A stretch of 42,428 nt of DNA from Burkholderiaceae bacterium (GTDB taxonomy: Bacteria > Pseudomonadota > Gammaproteobacteria > Burkholderiales > Burkholderiaceae_C), in the NCBI GenBank assembly GCA_035455385.1, contig DATIFD010000606.1, positions 1 through 42,428 on the forward strand, given 5' to 3'. How positions within the stretch are numbered: position 1 is the stretch's first letter; the number at the start of each line of letters is the position of its first letter. The notes below the pieces were generated by a model. It saw only the letters and a program-made list of their open reading frames with translations, was not told where the DNA came from and ran no database searches. Below, piece after piece: positions 33,730 through 41,327 of the stretch. Made by a program: the position numbers and the translations under genes.

Positions 33730-34716
33730 ATGAAGCGTCGGGATCTCGCATTCGGTCTTGCCGTCGGTGCGGTGCTTGCACCGGTGTGCGGGATTGCTCA
33801 GCAGAAGTCTGCGCGCATCGGCGTCCTGTCGAGCTCTTCCTCATCCCAGTCGTCAGACACGAGCCTCTTTCGGGATCATTTTCTGCCAACGCTCGCGAAT
33901 GCGGGCTGGGTGGAGGGCCGCAACTTGGTGATCGATTGGCGCTTTGCGGACGGCAAGCTCGAGCGCCACGGGCCGCTTGCCCAGGAACTCGTCGCGCTGA
34001 AGCCCGACCTGATTCTTGCAGCTACCCAGCCATCGGCGGTGGCGGTCATGAAGGCGACGAAGACCATTCCGATCGTGTTTGCGCTCGTGCAAGAGCCGGT
34101 ATCCGTCGGGCTCGCCGAGAGCCTCGCGCGTCCGGGCAAGAACGCCACTGGGCTGGCCTCGATGAACATGGAAATCCTGAGCAAGCGCATCGAGTTCTTG
34201 CTCGAGGTCGTGCCGTCGGCCAAGCGCGTAGCCTTGCTCTATCAACCCGAATTGGATCTGAACGCGCGACAGACGGCGCTCGCGCAGCAGGTGCTTCAAT
34301 CGCTCAGATTGGCAGCAGTGAAAGTTCCGATTGGCGGCCCCGAAACCTTCGGGGCGGCATTCGAGAGGCTCGCTCACGAGCGGCCCGACGCCGTTTTGGT
34401 GATCGAGAATCCCAGCGTCTTCACCAACCGAGTCGACGTCGTGAAACGCATGGCTGCCATACGCCTGCCTGCGATGTACGGGTTTCAGCCCTTTGCGTTG
34501 GATGGCGGGCTGATGTCGTACTCAATCGACTTTAACGATCAGTTCCGGCGCGCCGCCGGGTATGTCGATCAAATCCTGCGGGGTAGGAAGCCGGCGGACC
34601 TACCGATCCAGCAGCCTCAAGCGTTTGAGTTCACGGTCAATCTGAAAGCCGCCAACGAACTCGGCATCACGATTCCGCAGTCGGTCCTGCTGCGCGCAAA
34701 CCAGGTGATCGAATAG
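33730..34716 (+). CDS. ABC-transporter substrate-binding protein (ABC_sub_bind / PF04392-like), orphan
   Basis: The signal peptide is MKRRDLAFGLAVGAVLAPVCGIAQQ. RIGVLSSSS..., KPDLILAATQPSAVAVMKATKTIPIVFA, KRVALLY and ADLPIQQPQAFEFTVNLKAANELGITIP are typical of this family. No permease or ATPase gene is adjacent. Confidence 0.75.
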   Translation: MKRRDLAFGLAVGAVLAPVCGIAQQKSARIGVLSSSSSSQSSDTSLFRDHFLPTLANAGWVEGRNLVIDWRFADGKLERHGPLAQELVALKPDLILAATQPSAVAVMKATKTIPIVFALVQEPVSVGLAESLARPGKNATGLASMNMEILSKRIEFLLEVVPSAKRVALLYQPELDLNARQTALAQQVLQSLRLAAVKVPIGGPETFGAAFERLAHERPDAVLVIENPSVFTNRVDVVKRMAAIRLPAMYGFQPFALDGGLMSYSIDFNDQFRRAAGYVDQILRGRKPADLPIQQPQAFEFTVNLKAANELGITIPQSVLLRANQVIE

Positions 34717-34771
34717 AGCCCTCTTCAGGGGCCGCTTCTGGACCGGCAGAGAACCTCTGACGACTCGGACG

Positions 34772-34796
34772 GTTCATCGAGGCCGCCTCGACGAAC
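34772..34796 (+). terminator. hairpin downstream of the orphan binding-protein gene (possible terminator)
   Basis: In GTTCATCGAGG-CCG-CCTCGACGAAC, 10 of 11 positions pair around a 3-nt loop. It lies 56 nt after the stop at 34716. A short CCCTTT follows, but not an immediate U-tract. Confidence 0.35.
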
Positions 34797-35034
34797 GGCG
34801 CTCCCTTTGTGGCACCGGAGCCCAGAGTCAGCAATGCGGGCATGGACGGCAGCGGGGCCCACAAGTTCCTGCCGGGCCGCAGGTTCGAGCGCGACCTAAT
34901 CTTCGGCTCACCTTCGCCTCACGCAGCGCTCACCGCGACTCGCTAACGTGCCCGCACGAACGCTGCCGATGCCGATGGTGGCGCGGCGCACGGCATCGGT
35001 TCAACGCCGCGCTTCGTCTGAAAGGAGATCCACG

Positions 35035-35463
35035 ATGACACGCACGATTCACCGGGTTGCCATGGCGGCCCTGCTCGGTTCGCTGGCCACGACGGGCAGC
35101 GTGGCGCTGGCGATGCAGTCGCTGCCGCCGGTGCAGCACAGCGGCACGGTCGCCTACATCAACGGTGGCATTGGCGACGAAGAGGCTCATGCCATGGAGA
35201 AGGCCGGGGCCCGTTGGCCGCTGACGATGGTGTTTGCCAGGAATACCAAGCCACACGCAGAATTCATCGCCGACGCGAAAGCCGTCGTGCGAGACGCCAA
35301 GGGCGAGCCGGTGCTGAAGGTCGACGACGCCGGGCCGATCGTGCTGGCCAAGCTCGCGCCTGGCGAGTACACGGTCGAGGCGACTCGACGCGGCAAACCT
35401 GTCCATCAGAAGGTCCAGGTCAAGTCCGGCGAGCCGGCGCGAATCGAACTGCTGTGGCCCTAG
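35035..35463 (+). CDS. small secreted protein, carboxypeptidase-regulatory-like (Ig/prealbumin fold) domain
   Basis: 142 aa from ATG 35035, with AGGAGA 6 nt upstream, and a signal peptide. VAYINGGIGDEE...LAKLAPGEYTVEATRRGKPVHQKVQV resembles a family common in Burkholderiales. The function is unknown. Confidence 0.65.
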   Translation: MTRTIHRVAMAALLGSLATTGSVALAMQSLPPVQHSGTVAYINGGIGDEEAHAMEKAGARWPLTMVFARNTKPHAEFIADAKAVVRDAKGEPVLKVDDAGPIVLAKLAPGEYTVEATRRGKPVHQKVQVKSGEPARIELLWP

Positions 35464-35496
35464 CGCCGCCAGCGGTTCCGATGATGGAGTCCAGCC

Positions 35497-35829
35497 ATGT
35501 GCACTTTGAGATGCCAGATGGTGCGGGTCGGCGTCGCCGTTGTGGCGATCGTTGCGTGCGGAGCCGTGAGTGCCAAGGTCGTGCGCGTCTACGAGTGGAG
35601 CGAGAACGGGGGCACGCCCGTGATCTCCAACGCGTCGCCGCCGACGAGCGTCAAGCAGTACACGATCCGGACGATGCAAGTGCCCGCGCGCAGCGCTGAC
35701 CAGCGTGCGCGGATCGAGCACGACCTGGCTGCCTACCGCGCGGTGCTCACCGCGCCGGTGCCGAAGCCCGATGCGCCCGTGACGCTGGCGCTGGGTGGCG
35801 ACCCGGGGCTCCCGAGGGCCTGCGACTGA
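35497..35829 (+). CDS. DUF4124-like small secreted protein
   Basis: A signal-like N-terminus is followed by VVRVYEWSENGGTPVISNASPP, the DUF4124 pattern (YKWxDxxGxxxxSDxPP). GGAG lies 7 nt upstream of ATG 35497. Confidence 0.55.
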   Translation: MCTLRCQMVRVGVAVVAIVACGAVSAKVVRVYEWSENGGTPVISNASPPTSVKQYTIRTMQVPARSADQRARIEHDLAAYRAVLTAPVPKPDAPVTLALGGDPGLPRACD

Positions 35830-35888
35830 TCCGTCCGTTGACCGTGCCGTGGGCGCGGTCTGCCACCAACTGTCCAAAGGAGAATCTG

Positions 35889-36227
35889 ATGAATGCTCGC
35901 AACAAGCCATTCCTGGCCATCACGGCCGCCGTTGCTCTGCTGAGCGCGGGCGGTGCCTTCGCCCAGGAAGCCACGCACGACTACGATCGCTCGCCCGCTT
36001 TGCACAGTGGCGCTACGCGGGCCCAGGTGGTGGCCGACACGGCGGCCTTCCGCGCAAGCGGTGAACTTCCGAGTTACTCACTCGAGTGGAGCGTGGCCCC
36101 GCAGCGCTTCAGCCCTACCGAGTCGCGGGCACAAGTCAACGCCGAAACCGTGAACGCGCTGAAAGCAAACGAGGTCGTCAGCGACGGTGAGGTGTACAAC
36201 GCATCGCCTCGCGGCCGCAGCGCATAG
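35889..36227 (+). CDS. DUF4148-like small secreted protein
   Basis: 112 aa from ATG 35889, with AAGGAGAA upstream. The signal peptide ends AFAQE. There are two repeats of the TRAQV...A....G / SRAQVNAE...LKANE type seen in DUF4148 proteins of Burkholderiales. Confidence 0.65.
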   Translation: MNARNKPFLAITAAVALLSAGGAFAQEATHDYDRSPALHSGATRAQVVADTAAFRASGELPSYSLEWSVAPQRFSPTESRAQVNAETVNALKANEVVSDGEVYNASPRGRSA

Positions 36228-36256
36228 CCGTGCACTGATCATCTCGGCCTTCTGCA

Positions 36257-36296
36257 CCCCGCCGCCCGGCCTTGTGCCCGGCGGAGGGCGGGTTTG
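36257..36296 (+). terminator. possible intrinsic terminator after the DUF4148-like gene
   Basis: A GC-rich imperfect stem pairs CCCGCC (36258-36263) with GGCGGG (36087+200=36287-36292), with inner pairs as well. It is followed by TTT (36293-36295). The structure is imperfect and the U-tract is short. Confidence 0.3.
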
Positions 36297-36541
36297 CGCC
36301 CCCGGCCATCCGGTGCCCTTGCTGCGCTCCTCTTTGTCGGTTGCCAACGCGCGTCGAGCCTGAAGGGCGAGACCGCACCTCTCGGAGGAGAGCGCATCTC
36401 GCTACACTGCGAGTTGATGTTCACGCGCTCCCTGTTCGAGACCGCCGATCTGATCGAACAGCACAAGCTGCTGCCGGCGATGGTGCGGCTCGTGGACGCG
36501 GGAGAACGGCTGGTGCTGGAAGGCTTCTCACGGGCGACAGG

Positions 36542-39241
36542 GTGAGCGACCCATTCATCCAGCCGCGACTTGTGCAGGCCAACCCGCTCGCCGACAGCGA
36601 CCCTCAAGAGAGCGCCGAGTGGCGCGACGCGCTGGCATCGCTGCTGCAGGCCGCCGGGCCACAACGCGTGCGCGAGGTCATGGACATGCTCGCGGCCGCC
36701 GCGCGCGACCCCTCAGTCGGCTGGCAGCCGGCGCTCGGCACCCCCTACGTCAACACGATCCCCGCCACACGCCAGCCGGCCTTCCCCGGCGACCTCGCGA
36801 TCGAGGAGCGGCTTGCGTCGCTGATGCGCTGGAATGCGCTAGCCATGGTCGTGCGGGCGAACAAAGCGCATGGTGAGCTCGGCGGGCACATCGCCAGCTA
36901 CGCGAGCGCTGCCGACCTGTTCGAGGTCGGCTTCAATCACTTCTTCCGCGGCGGGCCGCACGGCGACCTCGTCTTCTATCAGCCGCACTCCGCGCCGGGC
37001 GTCTACGCACGCGCGTTCCTCGAGGGCCGGCTCTCGGAGGACGACCTGGCCCGCTATCGACAGGAGATCACGGCCAGGGCCACAGGCGTCAGGGGCCTGT
37101 CGAGCTACCCCCACCCCTGGCTGATGCCCGACTTCTGGCAGTTCCCCACCGGCTCGATGGGCCTGGGGCCGATCAGCTCGATCTACCAGGCGCGATTCAT
37201 GCGCTATCTGCAGCACCGCGGTGTGCTCGACACCAGCTCACGCAGGGTCTGGGGCGTGTTCGGCGACGGCGAGATGGACGAGCCCGAGAGCATGAGTGCG
37301 TTGACGCTGGCCGCGCGCGAGCAGCTCGACAACCTGATCTGGGTGGTCAACTGCAACCTGCAGCGCCTCGACGGCCCGGTGCGAGGCAATGGCCGCATCA
37401 TCGACGAGCTGGAGGCGCTGTTCGCCGGCGCCGGGTGGCGCGTCATCAAGCTGGTGTGGGGTTCGGACTGGGACGGCCTGTTCGCGCGCGATACCACGGG
37501 CGCGCTGGCGCGCGCCTTCGCCCATACGGTGGACGGCCAGTTCCAGACCTTCGCCGCCAAGGACGGCCGCTACAACCGCGAACACTTCTTCGGTCAGGAT
37601 CCGGCGCTGGCGGCGCTGGGCCAGGGCCTCACCGACGAACAGATCGACCGTCTCAAGCGCGGTGGTCATGACCTGGTGAAGATCTTCGCGGCGTACCAGT
37701 CGGCAGTGGATGCGCGCGGACAGCCGACGGTGGTACTTGCGCAGACGAAGAAGGGCTACGGCATGGGCGAGGCCGGTCAGGGGCGCATGACCACGCATCA
37801 ACAGAAGAAGCTCGAGCGCGAGGACCTGATCGCCTTTCGCAATCGCTTCGATCTGCCGCTGACCGACGAGCAGGCCGCTGCACTCGAGTTCTACAAACCG
37901 TCGCATGACAGCGTCGAGATGCGCTACCTGCACGCGCGTCGCGCGGCGCTGGGAGGCCCGATCCCGCTGCGTCGAAGTGGAGCTGACGCGGTCGCCGTGC
38001 CGCAGCTGACGCGCTACGGTCAGTTTGCACTGAATGCCGAGGGCAAGGAAATGAGCACCACGATGGCCTTCGTGCGCATGCTCACCGCCCTGCTCAAGGA
38101 TGAGCGGATCGGCTCACGCATCGTGCCCATCGTGGCCGACGAGGCACGTACCTTCGGCATGGCCAACCTCTTCAAACAGGTTGGCATCTACTCGTTCAAT
38201 GGTCAGACCTACGAGCCGGAGGACATCGGCTCGGTGCTCAGCTATCGCGAGGCCATCGACGGCCAGATCCTCGAAGAGGGCATCAGCGAGGCTGGCGCGA
38301 TCAGCAGCTGGACGTCCGCGGCCACCAGCTACTCGGTGCACGGGCTGGCCATGCTGCCCTTCTACATCTACTACTCGATGTTCGGCTTCCAGCGTGTCGG
38401 TGATCTGATCTGGGCCGCAGCGGATCAGCGCGCCCGGGGTTTCCTGCTCGGGGCCACCGCGGGTCGGACCACGCTGAGCGGCGAAGGGTTGCAGCACCAG
38501 GACGGCTCCAGCCTGCTGCAAGCCTCGACTGTGCCGAACTGCCGCGCCTACGACCCCTGCTTCGCCGGCGAGCTCGCGATCATCCTCGATCACGGCATGC
38601 GCCAGATGCTGGAGCGCCAGGAGGACGTCTTCTACTACGTCACCCTGATGAACGAGAACTATGCACAGCCTTCGCTGCCCGAGGGTGTGGCGGCCGACCT
38701 TATCCGCGGTCTCTACCGCTGTGCGCTGCACACCCCGCCGGAGGCGAAGGGCACCGTCCGGCTCGTGGGATCGGGCACCATCCTCCGCGAGGTGATCGCG
38801 GCCGGCGAGTTGCTGGCGTCGGAGTGGAACATCACGGCCGAGGTGTGGAGCGCGACGAGTTTCAGCGAGCTGGCGCGCGAGGCGCGCGAGGTGGAGCGCT
38901 TCAACCGGCTCCATCCGACCGAAGCGCCGAGAACGAGCCATGTGCAGGCGTGCCTGGCCGGCACCGAGCCGGTGATCGCTGCCAGCGACTACGTGCGGGC
39001 TTGGCCGCAACTGGTCGCTTCGTACGTGCAAGCGCCCTTCACCGCGCTTGGCGCCGATGGCTTCGGCCGTTCCGACACCCGTGCGGCGCTGCGCCGCTTC
39101 TTCGAGATCGACCGCCACCACGTGGTGCTGGCCGCACTCACCGCACTGCGCGCGCAAGGGCTGGTCGATGCGGCCACGTGCGCCGAAGCAATTGCGCGTT
39201 ACGGTCTGGCGCCGGACGCCGTGGAGTCGTGGGCTTCCTAG
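36542..39241 (+). CDS. aceE: pyruvate dehydrogenase E1 component, homodimeric AceE type (stand-alone copy)
   Basis: 899 aa from GTG 36542. The N-terminus ...DPQESAEWRDALASL is AceE-like. Also present are GGHIASYASAADLFEVGFNHFFRG and the TPP-binding motif GDGEMDEPESMSAL. No E2 (aceF) or E3 (lpd) gene follows. Confidence 0.9.
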   Translation: MSDPFIQPRLVQANPLADSDPQESAEWRDALASLLQAAGPQRVREVMDMLAAAARDPSVGWQPALGTPYVNTIPATRQPAFPGDLAIEERLASLMRWNALAMVVRANKAHGELGGHIASYASAADLFEVGFNHFFRGGPHGDLVFYQPHSAPGVYARAFLEGRLSEDDLARYRQEITARATGVRGLSSYPHPWLMPDFWQFPTGSMGLGPISSIYQARFMRYLQHRGVLDTSSRRVWGVFGDGEMDEPESMSALTLAAREQLDNLIWVVNCNLQRLDGPVRGNGRIIDELEALFAGAGWRVIKLVWGSDWDGLFARDTTGALARAFAHTVDGQFQTFAAKDGRYNREHFFGQDPALAALGQGLTDEQIDRLKRGGHDLVKIFAAYQSAVDARGQPTVVLAQTKKGYGMGEAGQGRMTTHQQKKLEREDLIAFRNRFDLPLTDEQAAALEFYKPSHDSVEMRYLHARRAALGGPIPLRRSGADAVAVPQLTRYGQFALNAEGKEMSTTMAFVRMLTALLKDERIGSRIVPIVADEARTFGMANLFKQVGIYSFNGQTYEPEDIGSVLSYREAIDGQILEEGISEAGAISSWTSAATSYSVHGLAMLPFYIYYSMFGFQRVGDLIWAAADQRARGFLLGATAGRTTLSGEGLQHQDGSSLLQASTVPNCRAYDPCFAGELAIILDHGMRQMLERQEDVFYYVTLMNENYAQPSLPEGVAADLIRGLYRCALHTPPEAKGTVRLVGSGTILREVIAAGELLASEWNITAEVWSATSFSELAREAREVERFNRLHPTEAPRTSHVQACLAGTEPVIAASDYVRAWPQLVASYVQAPFTALGADGFGRSDTRAALRRFFEIDRHHVVLAALTALRAQGLVDAATCAEAIARYGLAPDAVESWAS

Positions 39242-39409
39242 GTGCCGGCTTCCTCGCAGTAGACCGCGCACCTCACCGAAGACGCCGGGTGCGGCCGCTG
39301 ACCAGGCCGCCGAGGCCCCGGCCGGCCCGGCCCGCCGTCGGCCACCGGCGAGAATCGCGCGCAGCGGGATCGTCCGAAGCCCGCACGAACAACGATCCGA
39401 GGAGCACGC

Positions 39410-40333
39410 GTGACCGGAAGCATCGACCTCGTCCGGTTGAACTTCAACCCGCAGGCGCAGCTGGGCCTGAACCTGGTGCTGGCGCTGGTGATGCTCGGCA
39501 TCGCGCTGGACTTGAAGCTCCACGACTTCAAGGCGGCACTGCGCACACCCAAGGCGCTGGTCATCGGTCTGGTCAGCCACCACCTGCTGTTCCCGGCCTT
39601 CACGTTCGCGCTGATTCTGTTGATCCGGCCGCTGCCGTCGATCGGGCTGGGCATGCTGCTGGTGTCGTCGTGCCCGGCAGGTCACATCTCCAACTTCTTC
39701 ACCCACCGCGCCGGCGGCAACACGGCGCTCTCGCTGTCGATCAGCACGCTGTCGACGCTGGGCGCGATCTTCATGACGCCGCTCAACGTGGCCTTCTGGG
39801 GCTCGCTCGATCCGCAGATGAGCGCCTTGCTGCGCAGCTTCTCGCTCGATCCTCTGCACATGCTGCTCGACGTGGCCATGCTGCTGGGCCTGCCGCTCGC
39901 CGCAGGGCTGGCGGTGTCGCATCGCTTCCCGGTATTGGCGAAGAAACTGCATGGGCCCATGCGCACGGTCTCGCTGGTGGTGTTCGTCGTCTTCGTGCTG
40001 GGTGCGCTGGCGCTGAACTGGGCGATCTTTCGCGAGTACGGGCGCTTCGTGGTCGGCGTGGTGCTGGTGCACAACGCGCTGGCGCTGGCCGGCGGCTACG
40101 GGTTTGCGCGCGCGGCGGGGCTGCCCGAGCGCGACCGGCGTGCCGTGGCCTTCGAGACCGGCATCCAGAACTCGGGGCTCGGGCTGGTGCTGGTGTTCAA
40201 CTTCTTCGGCGGCCTGGGCGGCATGGCCATCGTCACGGCCTGGTGGGGCATCTGGCACATCGTGGCCGGCGTGACCCTGTCGTCCTTCTGGATGAAGCGC
40301 CCGCCGGTTGCCATCGCGAAGGCCGGCACATGA
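39410..40333 (+). CDS. bile acid:sodium symporter (BASS/SBF-like) family transporter
   Basis: 307-aa polytopic membrane protein. LALVMLGIALDLKLHDF, SSCPAG and ETGIQNSGLG are BASS/ACR3-superfamily-like. It has a GTG start with GAGGAG 6 nt upstream. Confidence 0.8.
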   Translation: MTGSIDLVRLNFNPQAQLGLNLVLALVMLGIALDLKLHDFKAALRTPKALVIGLVSHHLLFPAFTFALILLIRPLPSIGLGMLLVSSCPAGHISNFFTHRAGGNTALSLSISTLSTLGAIFMTPLNVAFWGSLDPQMSALLRSFSLDPLHMLLDVAMLLGLPLAAGLAVSHRFPVLAKKLHGPMRTVSLVVFVVFVLGALALNWAIFREYGRFVVGVVLVHNALALAGGYGFARAAGLPERDRRAVAFETGIQNSGLGLVLVFNFFGGLGGMAIVTAWWGIWHIVAGVTLSSFWMKRPPVAIAKAGT

Positions 40334-41283
40334 ATGGCGCGCGTGTTCTCGTCACGGGGGGCTGCGGCTATCTGGGCAGCCAGGTCGTCGCCGCGCTGGC
40401 CGGCGCCGTGGATTGCGTCGTGTCGCTCGACTTGCGCGAGGTGCCGCTCGAACGCCGCCTGCCCGGCGTCGACTATGCCACCGCCGACATCCGCGACCCC
40501 GCGCTGCTGGAGTTGCTGCGCCAGCACCGCATTGCCACCGTGGTTCACCTGGCGGCCATCGTGACGCAGCGCAAGAAGGCCGACCGCGAGTTCGAGTACC
40601 AGGTCGACGTGGGAGGCACGCGCAACGTGCTGCAGGCCTGTGTGGCCGCCGGGGTGCGGCACGTGATCGTGTCGTCGTCCGGCGCCGCGTACGGCTACCA
40701 CCCCGACAACCCGGCCTGGCTGAGCGAGACCGACGAGATCCGTGGCAACCGGGAGTTCGCCTACTCCTGGCACAAGCGCCTGGTGGAAGAGATGCTGACC
40801 GAGTACCGCCAGCGCGAGCCGCAGTTGCGGCAGACGGTGTTTCGCATCGGCACCATCCTCGGCGAGACGGTGGCCAACCAGATCACCGCGCTGTTCGAAA
40901 AGCCGCGGCCGCTGGCCGTTGCCGGCGCCGACAGCCCATTCGTCTTCATCTGGGATCAGGACGTGGTCGGCGCGATCGTGCACGCCGTCCGCAGCGGCCG
41001 CGAAGGCATCTTCAACGTGGCTGGCGACGGCGCGCTCGGCATCCGCGAGATCGCCGCGCGCATGGGCAAGCGCTGCCGCGTGCTGCCCGCCTGGCTGCTG
41101 CAGGCGGCGCTGTGGCTCGGCAGGCGCGTCGGCGCCACGCAATACGGGCCCGAGCAGCTGCGTTTCCTGCGCTACCGCCCGGTGCTCGACAACCGGCGCC
41201 TCAAACAGGACTTCGGCTATACCCCGCGCAAGACCTCGGCCGAGGCGTTCGACGTCTGGTGGGCGGCGCGCCGCCGCGGCTGA
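40330..41283 (+). CDS. NAD-dependent epimerase/dehydratase family (extended SDR) protein
   Basis: 317 aa with the Rossmann motif VLVTGGCGYLGSQV and catalytic YSWHK (YxxxK). The ATG overlaps the BASS stop (ATGA). The upstream 502 codons of track ORF 38824..41283 are a shadow frame. Confidence 0.8.
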   Translation: MNGARVLVTGGCGYLGSQVVAALAGAVDCVVSLDLREVPLERRLPGVDYATADIRDPALLELLRQHRIATVVHLAAIVTQRKKADREFEYQVDVGGTRNVLQACVAAGVRHVIVSSSGAAYGYHPDNPAWLSETDEIRGNREFAYSWHKRLVEEMLTEYRQREPQLRQTVFRIGTILGETVANQITALFEKPRPLAVAGADSPFVFIWDQDVVGAIVHAVRSGREGIFNVAGDGALGIREIAARMGKRCRVLPAWLLQAALWLGRRVGATQYGPEQLRFLRYRPVLDNRRLKQDFGYTPRKTSAEAFDVWWAARRRG

Positions 41284-41327
41284 ACGATGGCAGGCGCGCG
41301 CATCCACCTCGAAACCCGGAGGGCCGA

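Noticed and set aside
38824-41283. An 819-aa ORF suggests a large fusion protein ending in the epimerase. Similar upstream in-frame extensions occur at 4100..5836, 7697..9076, 8661..9776, 15848..17383 and 33559..34716.
   Set aside because: The upstream portions are out-of-frame shadows of the preceding genes, with Arg/Pro/Gly-rich junk translations. The real starts coincide with RBSs, signal peptides or ATGA/GTGA coupling sites.
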